Below, in pieces: positions 52,081 through 64,000 of a DNA stretch of 64,000 bases. Under the pieces are notes generated by a model. That model was not told where the DNA came from. It did no database searches and worked only from the letters and a program-made list of their open reading frames with translations. How positions within the stretch are numbered: position 1 is the first letter of the stretch; the number at the start of each line of letters is the position of its first letter. The position numbers were made by a program, and so were the translations under genes. The DNA comes from Dipteris shenzhenensis (lineage: Eukaryota): the NCBI GenBank assembly GCA_047967505.1, contig CM106538.1. One strand, written 5' to 3'.

Positions 52081-53479
52081 GGTTTTGGTTGCTCGCTATT
52101 ATCATGAAGGCTGCATTTAGTGTCCTTTTTAGGTTAAGAAGGAGGTGCTCATTTCCTTGGTCCAGATTGGAGCAACTCCTCGATTTGCAAAACTTGGGTG
52201 TTCATGGGATTTTAATGATGAATACTTCTCGGGGCTTTGCCCCCGCTCCCATGCAAGTTCCCTCAAGTGGAAGTGGATACGCAGCACTAATTTGGGTCAC
52301 TTGCATCCTATATCACTAGCTCACTCTCATCGCTCAAGAACTCCTTGCACCTTTATTGCTCTTGCCTTCTATCACTCAATATCCTCATCTTGTTAGCATG
52401 ATGATGGCTTCTACATGGTTTCTTCCTCTCATACCAATTGTGTGTTTGGACGATATTGACACGGATGTTTGGTGTCACTTGTTGGGCATCCATAGCTATA
52501 GTAGCAGCAATTAGGCTTGGGTAATCATCCATCCTCAAGTGCTCCAACTATGTCAATAGCTTGCAAAGGGAGACCATATTTCTTTCTTGGAAGGCCAATA
52601 GACATTAATAGGGGAGCTCATCTATGGGGAGACATTGATAAGGCCAGTAGACATTGATAGGGCCAGTATGACCATCTATTTTTTATGACGGATGGAGAGA
52701 GCCAATTGCAAGGGATATTTATCCATATTTCCATGGAGGCTAAGTTTGGGAAATGCATAAGAGTTAGTATAAGCTCAATGCTTGTGGGGAATATTGTGCT
52801 ACAGCTAGCACTTTCCTATCATGCATGAGGTGCGCCGCAATCCGTCGGTCATGCATGGAACTGTAGGAGCATTAGTTGGAGTCATGAGCATTGGCTAAGT
52901 CCTTGGATCGTTGAAGGTGGACGTGCTTATCATAGACATTGGAATAGTCCTTGGCTGTGTTGCATAATAGTCCACATTGCTTGATGTTGTCTTACTTGTA
53001 GCTTTGTTGGTCGACCGTTTGAGTCATTAACTGCATCCCTAGTACCTTCTTTGTTTGAATCAAAGGATATCCACAAGAATCAAAGGATATCCAAACTGCA
53101 GTCTAGCACAAAAATTCTCTCTCTCATAGAGAAGAAAACTCTCTCCAGGAATAGCAGAAAATGAACTCTCAACAGAACCTACTCTCATTCTCCCTTAAGG
53201 AAACAACGAAGAACGAGACGATCTCTCTCTCATAGTACTTTGCAAAACAAGAATAAAGGACTCTAAAGAGCTTTTTAAAGAGATGAAAGTACTTCTCTCC
53301 ATGAAGAAAACTCTCAGACTCACAAGATGGAAAGAACTCTCTCTTACAACAGCCCTCTCAAAACTCCAAGAACAAAATGAAGAGAACCTCACAAAGATCT
53401 CACAAGCTAGGAGATGGAGGCTTCCTCACAAGGAGGGCTTGATGCCTTGAGAAAGTGCAAGGGCTTGTAATCCCCATAG

Positions 53480-53491
53480 GCTCTAATACCA
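53480..53491 (-). promoter_or_regulatory. PBS-like motif of a decayed LTR element
   Basis: TGGTATTAGAGC on minus strand. Confidence 0.5.
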
Positions 53492-53508
53492 CGATAGCAG
53501 AAGTGAGA

Positions 53509-53546
<38 letters not shown>

Positions 53547-53789
53547 TGCACAAGAGATTGACTAACTGTACACTAAGTTGTGTTCCATGAAAACTGAGAA
53601 TATATACATGGACCCCTTAAGGTTAGGGTTATGGTTAAAGTTTGTCCCATAATCCTATGGTGCAATTTTCACACCATTGTCAACAATTTTGAAGCTTCTT
53701 TGAGCACTTGTAGCTTTGTTGTGGAGCTCTCCTTCACTCCAAACTTCAACTATCATGCATCAATTCTCGCTAAATCTACTCGCCTAGGC

Positions 53790-54330
53790 CTTATCACTTG
53801 CTTGGCCTTCCAAGCTTTTTTAATTGCCTCTCCACTGCATTTTCTTGTAGGGTGGATGCTTGTGGACTCCTTGCAAGGCAATTGTTTGAGAGTCGATCTT
53901 TTGTTATCACCTTCCATACTTGTGGATCTTCTTATTCACATAGTGCACTATTGTGCAGCCCATCTCGGCTTCCTTAGATCAACTCAGTTGGGTCTTTGTC
54001 GTGCAAATCTTTATGATTCTTTTTATAGCTTTGTAGCATAAAGCTTCTTTTTCAAGATTTTGATGCTCAGCCTTCTTTTGTGATTTGTCTCTTGCTTGGC
54101 CTTCCAAGCTTTCAAACTTTCCTCTCCACTATGTTGTCTTATCGGGTGGATGCTCATGGACTTCTTCTTGCAGGAGGCTAGGCATTTCAGAGTTGGTCTT
54201 CTATTGTCACCTTCCATAGTTTTGGATCTCCTTATTCACATAGTGCACTACTATGTAGCCCCATCATGTGTTTCTTGGCTCAACCCAATCTGTCACCATC
54301 CTACAAATATTTGTGGTTTGTTTTGTAGGT
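53790..54330. repeat. Diverged ~295-bp tandem duplication
   Basis: CTTGCTTGGCCTTCCAAGCTT...GGATCT.CTTATTCACATAGTGCACTA at ~53797 and ~54090. Confidence 0.85.
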
Positions 54331-57300
54331 TTGCATCTTTAAGATTCTTTTGCAAACTTTTTTGTTTTGTGGGTTGTCTACACTCAGGCTCCAACTGAGT
54401 GCAATAATCCACAAATGTTGCAAAATTGTATTCTTTGATATTCTTGCTATGGACTTTTTTTTTTTTTGGCACATAAAAAAGGTGTATATTATTTACGTGT
54501 CAACTTTTTTACATCTATGGAATCTTTAAAAGATTCACTATGAAAGTCCTTCACAATTGAAGTAAGCACTTAGACAAAAAAAATTCATCATCTATCCTTC
54601 AGTCTTCTTCATCTTTGTCTTTTTTAGCAATTGTAGCCTTTTTGTGATCAGTGCCAAGAACACGTGAACCTTTTTTTTTTCTGAGTGAAATCATGCAAGG
54701 TAGATTTGGATGGAGCTTTGGAGGTATCGACATTGTGACAAAAAGTGTTATTCTTCATAGTGGCATCGAGTTCCATGAATTGAGGTCCTCTAACAACGAG
54801 AGTGGAGGATCTTGCTGGGGGTCTTCTTGGAGAGGGAGTTGTGAAAAGACAGGTAGCAATGGGGGAGTCTCTGTAGCTAGTGAATGAAGCATCTGGGTCA
54901 GTATTAGAGTTTAAGGGTATATCCTTGGAAGTGACATGTTGGTCAGCCTCAATAGGTACTTTGACAACAATTGTGAGAATCTTCCAAGAAGCTAAGAGAA
55001 GCATACATTGACTAGATTAAGCCCTCTCCCATTACAAGATTATACTCCACTAGAAGGACTTTTGAAAATATTTTATATACCTTGGGATAAAGGTGGTACG
55101 TAAGGGAACATCAAGGAGGATTCTTCCTGATAACTGTTGCTCCAACAAAGTATTTCTCAACAAAAGGAAAAAAGTGTAGCTCGATTTGAGCCAAATCAAA
55201 GACGAAGTCCAAAGTCACGAAGCAATCAAGTGATGATTGGCAAAGACACATTGATAATTTTCTTCAAGACCAAGAAGATATGTATTCTTTCTTCATATTT
55301 TCATTTTATTTTTTCTTGAGCATAGAGTCAAGAAAGAATGCTAGGGCGACTTAACTTAGGAATATTTAAATTTAATGAGAAGTGATAGATCATATTAACG
55401 TACCATGAAAAAGATAATAAAATATGATAGCCTATACGGGATATAGGATAATCTAGCTATGCACAATTTATGAGGCAGTGAGTTTTTGTGAGAAATTTAT
55501 TTGGATATTTCAAAACCATGGAAACTTAGGAGTTTGTGAAATCACGTGAACACGGCTTCATCTTGTGACTTATTATTTAAATGAAAGGAAAGTTTCATGA
55601 AAGAATATTATTAGATGAAATTGAAAATCACACTTGGAGATGAAACAATATGCAAAACTGACATAAACCCCCAAATCAAAGGGTTCAAAAAATGAAGTGA
55701 AGGACATGGGAATTGAATGACAATTGAAGTGAGCTACAAGCCAACATTTGGTTATCTAGACCGCAATTTTGTGTTGTGAAATAGAAATAGAAAGGATAAA
55801 GAATGAGAAGTATGAACTATACTTGGCTTGCTAAGTTTAGAAAATTCACAAGTAGTCAAGCACTATTGAATTGGAAATTAGTTTGAGATCATATTTCATC
55901 TCAGTTAAAGGTTAATAAATTTATTTTATGTTTTTTCCACGATCATATCTATACCATATAAGTGAAATTCCTTGACTTTTTAAAGGAAGCTAAGAAAATA
56001 TTTCATATACCTACTAATAGGATTATAGGATGCTCCTAATTTGTTTAGATGCCAAGATGAATTAGTTTAAGTATTGAAAGATGATAAGCTTGATATATAT
56101 GGTATGCTTGATGAAAATAGCTCTACTAAATTGAGTTGAATCGGAGAAAGATTAAAGAGAGGAAAAAGAATACAATTACATGGCAACATTCATGCTAACC
56201 AAGAGGGGGACCATACATGGATTTTAGCTAGAAATATAGCTTTTAGCTTTGAAAATTTCTTTGTGCCATTGTGAAAAGTATCAAGATGGTTATAATAGAT
56301 AATGTCTTGCATGTATTTTCTAACTGCATAAGAAAATAAATGTGGGATTATTACTAGCTACCATGAATTTAAGTAAATGATCAAAAACTTTTAAGTGTGA
56401 TTAGCAATGATGTACATATATTCTTCTACCAGCTATAGATTGATATATGTCATTTATTGCTATCCACATTATAAAAGAAAGTGTTTTATTTGATATTGTT
56501 CCTCAATATCATACTAGTATGGGACGATATAGTTGTTGAGGAATACGTCAAATGTAATGCTTGGGCCTATACCTCAAGTAACATGAGTAATGAATGGATG
56601 TGATATAGTACTCTATAATTGGTATAGGATATGAAAACTTTTTAAATCAAATGTTCAAAATTGGCTAAATTCACTATCTCTTGGCTAATGACTTTAAGAT
56701 CTTTGAAAGATACTTTTTGACCATCTCACGATGATACTTTAACATGGATTGCAATCTGAAAAGGAAATGTTTATGTAAGATATGCTAGATGGTCTGTATT
56801 GTGGGTGATTCCATGTTAATACTGAGGTCGCTAGTGTTATTGGTGCTACGTTTGATTAATATACTTTGAGTGCAATTTTATTGGGATCAATTGATTTGGT
56901 GATTTGTTCAATTGATTGTTAATAACTAATATAATCGGTAGCTTGATTACAGGATGGAGCTAATGATGAGGATTGGAATTAGTGTGGGGATACCGATTGA
57001 GGTGTCGCATGGTGCATAGCATATGGCCATGGGCCAATTTTGTATTTCATTGATATTGTAAACCTTGGTAATATTTGTGGTAAAAGGCATAACCATTTTT
57101 TGATAAAGCAAGCCCAAAGTGGCTCTCTAAAATGAATGGGATGGGATTCATAGCCCAAAGTGGCTTTGTAAAAGTAATCCCCTACTTTGGGGAAGGATGC
57201 TTTTGGATGTACTATTTTTGGCCCTTTGCCTTAGAAAATGCAATTATAAATATTCTAGAGGGGAAGAAAGGGCCACCATCTAGAGGGGGCAGATTGGACC

Positions 57301-58225
57301 CCATGAGGCATCGCTCTCTCATAGCTATCCCTTATTCCTTTTCCCTTTGTTCATTGCATTACAATTCTTTTGGCTCATCAATTTGTGATATGGTTAAGCT
57401 CTGATTTTTGTAACAACAAGCCTTTCTTGAGCCTTTGTATCTCTCAGGTCACGTGCCTTTGTAAGCTTTCAATTATCATTTCGAGTTTCTTCCGTGTTGA
57501 GTGTCATTGGGAGCTTCTATCATTAGAAGCCTTCTACTCAGATGCTTCTTTCACAGCAAGCAGCTCCTTGCAGGTTGCTTCTTCAAAGCCTTGAAAGCTT
57601 TCTTCTACTTGAGCTTTTAGTTGCAAGTTGATAACTTCAAGCTTCTTTTAGCTTTCTTTCAAGCACTCCTTGAAGCACCTTTGAAAAGACACAATAACCC
57701 CACGATTACAGAACATATTTCACCATCAACAACTCAAAACAAACTCAATATGCAAAGCAAAAACTCAGCAAACCTTTGTAAAACCCGCAACAAGCTTCTC
57801 ACAACAACCCTGATAGAATCTTCTCATAGATTTAAAAAATGAGGACCATGAAAGAAGGAAAGCATGTTCCCTAACACATAGTCCTTTCCACCAACAATGT
57901 ACCTTCACTAAATTCAAAAATCTAATAGTCACTAACACATAGTTAGAACTCTCACCTACTAGGTAGACCTTTACTGCTTTGATACAAGGTGAAAGAGGCA
58001 CGAAAGAGGACACACAATCCAACACTCAATGTACACAACAAAGAAGATGAGAGACGACACATAGTTGGCTATACAAAATGTACACTCTCTATCATACAAA
58101 AAAGATAAACATAATGCAATATATACTGAAACCTTATGTGGGTTGCCAATTCACAAAAGGACTTAGGATCCCTTCTAGAGTCCTCTATCCTCCTATCCAT
58201 CTACCCATGTATACAATATTTGAAC

Positions 58226-58692
58226 CCTAGGGCGCCAAGTCAATATGTAATATGTTACTACCCTCGTCTAAAATCCAAGGTATGGGGGGACAAGGTCCAT
58301 ATATAAATATGCATGGATTTCCTTTTAAAAAATCAAATATGCAAGGGAAAAATATGGAAATCTCATGTCCCCCCTCCCACAAAATATAAGGTATATACCT
58401 TGAAAAATATGCAAGATTTTAAGATTTGTACATATTTTTCATAATATGTGAGGCCCAAGGGGGGGGGTAAAACAAAAACACACTAAAATATGAGAACCCA
58501 TCTCCTTTCAAATTAATGTAACGTTTTCATGTGTTACCCAAATTTCAAGGTGTAAACACATATTTGAAGCTCTTTTAGTGTAGAACACAATCATCTTAAT
58601 TTGAATACTTTCTACTCATGGCATATTGTTAAATTCATCTCATACTCAAGATTTTGATAGGTTTTCTTATTAAAGGGAGTTGGCGCCCCAGG
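58226..58692. mobile_element. MITE (467 bp) with 16-bp TIRs and 8-bp TSD, hAT-like
   Basis: TIRs CCTAGGGCGCCAAGTC / GAGTTGGCGCCCCAGG (14/16 match); perfect TSD ATTTGAAC at 58218-58225 and 58693-58700. Confidence 0.85.
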
Positions 58693-59583
58693 ATTTGAAC
58701 ATATGTAACACCATGTGTACATGGATGATGACTGGCCCAATGACCCATACTTCAACATACGAGGTTCACTTCAAGGCTTCCTGCCTTCTTTCGACTTGCA
58801 TCTTCATCATCATGGGTTTTCAACTTAGGGCAAAATGATGTCCACAATTGAATATGCCAATTGGGTCATCGCTTCTTCTTCTTCTACATTGGTAGGTTTG
58901 TTGTGGGTATAGGTCGCATTAGCGATGCAGTCTAGCCCCATTCAAGTTTCGCGCCCCGCTTGGTTGTGAGTGGAAGCTGCAACTAAGCATGCAATTCTGC
59001 CAAAGTATGTTGTAGGATCCAAATTACATAGAGGCTGCAAGCTATGTCTCTCATGAATCTACCGGTGGTGCTGGTGCTTATTTCCTTCTTCTTGCCAAAG
59101 CTCCTTTGTCGAATGATTTCTTCTACAACTGATGTGTTGTGCTGCTGCTGTGAAATCAAGATATAGACAATTCCAAAAATAGTGTTCCACAAAGATTGCT
59201 TGCAACAGGTCACTTCGAATCTTGTGAATCCATTTCTACCACTTGCATTACTTTTCACCTTAGTTTTTTTCCCTTAAAAAAAAACCCCACTTGCATGTAA
59301 GGTAAGCTTAGTAGATTGATGTCACTTCTCAAACACAGCAAGAGTGGCTTTTCGCAGGCTGAGCTATGATTCCAGATATCAACAAGGAATTCCTTGGTGC
59401 TTCTTATGAGATCACAACTTCTAATAAGCCACTCTATATCCCATCTACAAACATCTAATTACATGTAGCAATGTTTGATCGGGGCTCTTGTGTCAACTGC
59501 TGCAGCCTACAATGTTTCTCTCCCATAAACTGGCTACTACTACCAAACACGACTTATGTATTTTTCTAGGGTTGAACCTGTAA

Positions 59584-59700
59584 CTTTGATACCAATGTGA
59601 TGTTTCCTAGCAAACAGGGCTCTACATTGAACCTATAGCTCTAATACCATCCAAAGAGGCTAGTACCATTGTGATGTTTCTTAGCAAAGAGGGCTCTCTC
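59584..59700 (-). mobile_element. Duplicated PBS/LTR junction of a decayed LTR element
   Basis: CTTTGATACCA (59584) and GCTCTAATACCA (59638); TGTGATGTTTC.TAGCAAA.AGGGCTCT occurs twice. Confidence 0.5.
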
Positions 59701-60854
59701 CATGTTCTCCACCAAGCCATGGTCCCTAGAGTGCTTCCGTTTGCACCGTATGTGAACTCCTCCTTCAATTTTTCTCTCTGGCCTCTTCCATGATGAAGCT
59801 CTCTCTCTAGAAACCTCCCTTGAACCCAACACTTGCCAAGTGGCTCCATATCTTGGCGCCGTGTTCCCTTAAGGAACCTTACCATAAAAGCCCTCTTATA
59901 GGCTCCCTCTTTGCATCTCTTTCCTAATGCGTCGGCCTATGAGTAAACCTAGACCCAAACCCTCGAAGCCCCACTAAATGGAAGTGTTGTTGAACCCTTT
60001 GGTTTCTTGCCTCACCATAACTAGGCCGCACACTCCACAATATGGTTGACGTAATATAAATCCTAAACCCTACATCTTAAACCCTAAATCCAAAGTCTTA
60101 AACTCGAAACTCTAATCTACTTCAGTAAAGATAAGAGATTGAGTCTAAGCAACCATAAGTCGCTTGCAAATCTAGGATTGAGAGGCAAGCCTATAGCTTC
60201 GACATAGGTGCAGCCTCATATAAGGAGGTCGATTGCAACTTCTTCATCATGGCCTCAAACTCAAATATGACATGTACATGCTCGATTGTGCCTCTAAAGA
60301 TTGCATCCATCCTTCATCTCCTCAACTTTGACATAGAAAAAGATATCCCTCATGTGAGTCCTCAAGGCCATCATTTGCCTCGTTTAGCTTCAAGCATGAT
60401 CACCCTCTATCCACAACATCCCTAGAAAGCTCGCGTAATATATGTAATTGCACGGTTATATTTGGTACCAATATTAGGTCCTCTTGAGCTCTTGACTAGA
60501 GAATGAGGAACGTACACGATGTATCATGTCAATGATAGGATGGAAAGCTTCTTTCTAACACGTTTGTGATCTCCTTTTGAATCCATATTAAATATCACCA
60601 TTACTCTGTGGCTTACCATGGGCTTCATACTAGTCTTTATTACTTTACTAGCTTGGTAGTCAATGCATATTGTTTGATGCATATTCTTTTTCATATTTAT
60701 TATTGCCCTTGTCTTTTCTTATAGAGAATAATGCTACATGCATAGGTGACTTTAATAAAAGGTTCTTTCTTGGGCAGTGCAAGGGGGGGGGGACATGCCA
60801 CAACTAACCCGTTACTACAAGATCTTAGGCTCAAGCTATGATAAAAGGGTCCTC

Positions 60855-60980
60855 GATGTTATGGAGGTGCTTGGTGACCCCATCAAGGCCTCAATGTTAT
60901 GGAGGTGCGTGGTGACCCCCTCAACGTTATGGACATTATGGAGGTGCTCGGTGACCCCCATGACATTATGGAGGTGCTTT
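60855..60980. repeat. Short tandem repeat TTATGGAGGTGC..GGTGACCCC, 3-4 copies
   Basis: Direct reading. Confidence 0.8.
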
Positions 60981-61437
60981 GCCTACAATGCAAGCATTGC
61001 CATCGAGGCCATCTTGTTGGCATGTAAATAATCAACCAGCCATAGGAATGAGAATGGCAGTCTTTCCATGAAGCCATTTCACCCTATCCCCAAGAGGTGG
61101 TGGCCTCTAATGATGTGTTGCGACAGTGATCTATTGTTATTGCCACTAATGAAGTTAAGTCTAAGTGTAGAGAGCTATACTCATTTTTTAATGTAATTCA
61201 CCCTCGAATCCTGCTGAGTGCAAGTCCCCCAAAGAAGGGAAAAGTAAGTCCCCCAAAGAAGGGAAAAGTTGTGTAGCTTTCAAGGACTCATGGAGCCCGG
61301 TTTCCTCACTATCCTTTCACAGCTTGTCTATCATGCCACCCTTTCCAAAGACTGTTGTTCTTCTTGTCCTTTTCTATCTTCTAATTGTCAATAGGCACCA
61401 TATTTGAATGTCTTCTATACTATCTATTATGGAGGGA

Positions 61438-61572
61438 GAGAGTGAACCTTGGAGCCACGTGTCGAGCTCGGAGGGAGTTGGGAGAGCGAACCTTGGAGCC
61501 ATGTGTCGAGCTCGGAGGGAGCTGGGAGAGTGAACCTTGGAGCCACGTGTCGAGCTCGGAGGGAGCTGGGAG
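61438..61572. repeat. 44-bp tandem repeat x3
   Basis: GAGAGTGAACCTTGGAGCCACGTGTCGAGCTCGGAGGGAG(T/C)TGG. Confidence 0.9.
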
Positions 61573-61784
61573 TGTTGAATGCTTTGGAGCCATCGGAGCC
61601 ATCACGCCATGAAGTCGTCTTCAATAATGCCTCCCGTGCCTCCCGTCTCCTCCAGCCTCCATCGCGCGAGTCTCTCGTTGAGCATATCGACTCCCGCCGT
61701 TGCTTCTCCAGTGCCTCGACAGCTTGCTCATCCTCGACAACTTGCTCGACAGCTTGCTCATCCTATGTTGCTCTTGACAGCGCC

Positions 61785-62125
61785 ATTTCGATCGCCACCT
61801 CCTGTGCAGCCTTTTGTACCTCTCCATATCTTGACCTCTAGCAGTTCCTGAGATCTCGACCTCCAACAGCTCCTGATCCGCTCCATATCTCGACCACCAG
61901 CAGATAGATCTCGACCTCCATATCTCGACCTCCAGTAGATAGATATCGATCGCCACCTCCATAATAGATAGTATAGATATAGAAGTATAGAAGATATCGA
62001 TCGCCACCTTTGTGTAGCCTTTTGTACCTCTCCATATCTTGACCTCTAGCAGTTCCTGATCCGCTCCATATCTCGACCTCCAGCAGCTCCTGATCTGCTC
62101 CATATCTCGACCTCCAGCAGTTCCG
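61785..62125. repeat. Nested ~33-bp repeats (CTCCATATCTCGACCTCCAGCAGCTCCTGATCCG)
   Basis: Direct reading. Confidence 0.8.
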
Positions 62126-62367
62126 TCGACCAGCAGCCAGCTCCAAGGACTTCACGTCCTCAGTTCATGTACACGAGTAGGCTCCAACAAACATCCTCTG
62201 CTCCTGTGTGCAGACTTGAAGTAGACATCCTCAGTTCGACGTCTTGGTGGACGATTCCTTCAACAACCATTTGTATTGCCAGGTTGATTTGCTATGGTTT
62301 ACTTTCAGTTGATCGGTCTGCTAAGCGAGTTTATTTTGCATTCCGAGAGATAGTGGACGTGTTGCAA

Positions 62368-62407
<40 letters not shown>

Positions 62408-62478
62408 CCCCCCCCCCTCTTCCACTTATCTTTCTCTTGCATTGGATCATCCCTCAAGACGGTTTTTAAGCATGTGCA

Positions 62479-62529
<51 letters not shown>

Positions 62530-62553
62530 ATGTGTGTGTGAGAGAGAGTGTGT

Positions 62554-62584
<31 letters not shown>

Positions 62585-62999
62585 CTTTTGTGTTTTTGTG
62601 AGAGAGGGAGAGAGAGAGAGGGGGGGGGACGTTTATAGAATTTTTGTATGTGGTTTTGAGAGAGGGAGAGAAAGAGAGGTGTAGGGGTTGATCGATGCTA
62701 GGGGAAGATGAAAGGGCATGAATATCTAAGGAAAGGAGATGAAAGAAAATGAAGATAATGGAGGAACGAAAGAAGGTAGATTTGAGCAAGCAAGGAGAGA
62801 TTTTCCTGAAGGAAAAGAGGTAGTGTGCACCCTGTTATAGGTCAATCAATCGCCATCATGCAACCTTGCATGTAGACACATATGCTACACCCTCCTTTCC
62901 CTTCAACTAATTAACTGATTTTAGCATATTCTTTAAGTTAGGGTACATGCTGGTGCCAATCTTACGTGCATTTTGGGAGATAGTGGCATGTGAAGTTTT

Positions 63000-63323
63000 G
63001 TAATCCTTACAAGCTATATCTATATCTAATCAATTGTGTGTGTGTGTATGTGTGCGCGTGTATGTGTGTGTGTGTGTGTTGTGTGTGTGTGTATGTGTTA
63101 ACACCTCTAGCTGCGGGTTTTTTTTGTGTGTATTTTTGTGCCTCTAGCCTCTATCTATAGCATGCATAGAAGTGTACGTGCCATTTTTAGAGAGAGAGAG
63201 AGAGAGATTATGTGTGTATGTGTTAACACCTCTAGCTACGGGGTTTTTTTTTGTGTGTGAGTTGAGATGTGCATTTTGAGAGATAGTGTCGTTAGTCATT
63301 TGATAAACCCTCCCCCTCCCCCT

Positions 63324-63367
<44 letters not shown>

Positions 63368-63710
63368 GCTATGGTTTTTGGTGTGTGTGTGTGTTGAGAT
63401 ACACATTTCCAGAGGCAGTGGCGTTAGTCATTTGATAAACCCCTCACCCCCCCCCTCACTCTCTCTCTCTCGCATTCACAAATCTTGCATGGCGCTCACA
63501 TTCACACACAAATGTAAAAACATAACGTTTATAATCCTTAAAGCTATATGTATATCTAATCAATTGTGTGTGTGTGTGTGTGCACGTGTGTGTGTGTGTG
63601 TGTGTGTTGTGTGTGCATGTATGTGTGTGTGTGTGTTGTGTGTGTGTGTGTTGAGATGTGCATTTCGAGAGATAGTGTCATTAGTCATTTGATAAACCCT
63701 CCCCCCTCCC

Positions 63711-63775
<65 letters not shown>

Positions 63776-64000
63776 TCTCTCTCTCTAGCTATGGTTTTGT
63801 GTGTGTGTGTGTGTTGAGATACACATTTCTAGAGGCAGTGGCGTTAGTCATTTGATAAACCCCTCGCCCCCCCCTCTCTCTCTCTCTCTCTCGCATTCAC
63901 AAATCTTGCATGGCGCTCACATTCACACACAAATGTAAAAACATAACGTTTATAATCCTTACAAGCTATATGTATATCTAATCAATTGTGTGTGTGTGTA
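63000..64000. repeat. ~400-bp tandem units containing (CT)n and (GT)n microsatellites, running off the window end
   Basis: GTTGAGATGTGCATTT..GAGATAGTGTC..TAGTCATTTGATAAACCC at ~63261 and ~63650; CGCATTCACAAATCTTGCATGGCG at ~63471 and ~63892. Confidence 0.9.

Noticed and set aside
55000-57100. AT-rich, possibly ancient coding sequence
   Set aside because: No long ORF or recognisable motif; cannot be assigned
60060-60115. Telomere-like AAACCCT motifs
   Set aside because: Only a few degenerate units; not an interstitial telomere array

Overview
TE-rich land-plant genomic DNA. CpG depletion and CAG>TAG decay indicate heavy methylation; the repeat style suggests a fern or other seed-free plant (inference). 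There is one intact host gene, a 7-exon GABA-transporter-like amino acid permease (26643-28997, +, 443 aa) in a CpG-rich island. Retroelements include a full-length but mutated Ty1/Copia (18138-23708), a gag-only TR-GAG-type LTR element (13204-15541), an internally deleted Copia, a solo LTR, two decayed LINEs and Ty3/Gypsy remnants. Also present are an 8-bp-TSD MITE and an RNA-dependent RNA polymerase gene fragment. The most unusual structures are (i) a ~11-12 kb two-gene unit (about 30.5-41.1 kb) in which a spliced Sola2-like DDE transposase pseudogene converges on a spliced RING + FCP1/NIF-like HAD phosphatase gene, both with introns filled by the same TAGTAC-type repeat, and (ii) two homologous ~180-bp palindromic satellite arrays 31 kb apart, one with a 5-monomer higher-order repeat. 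All calls are by eye; no database searches were run.
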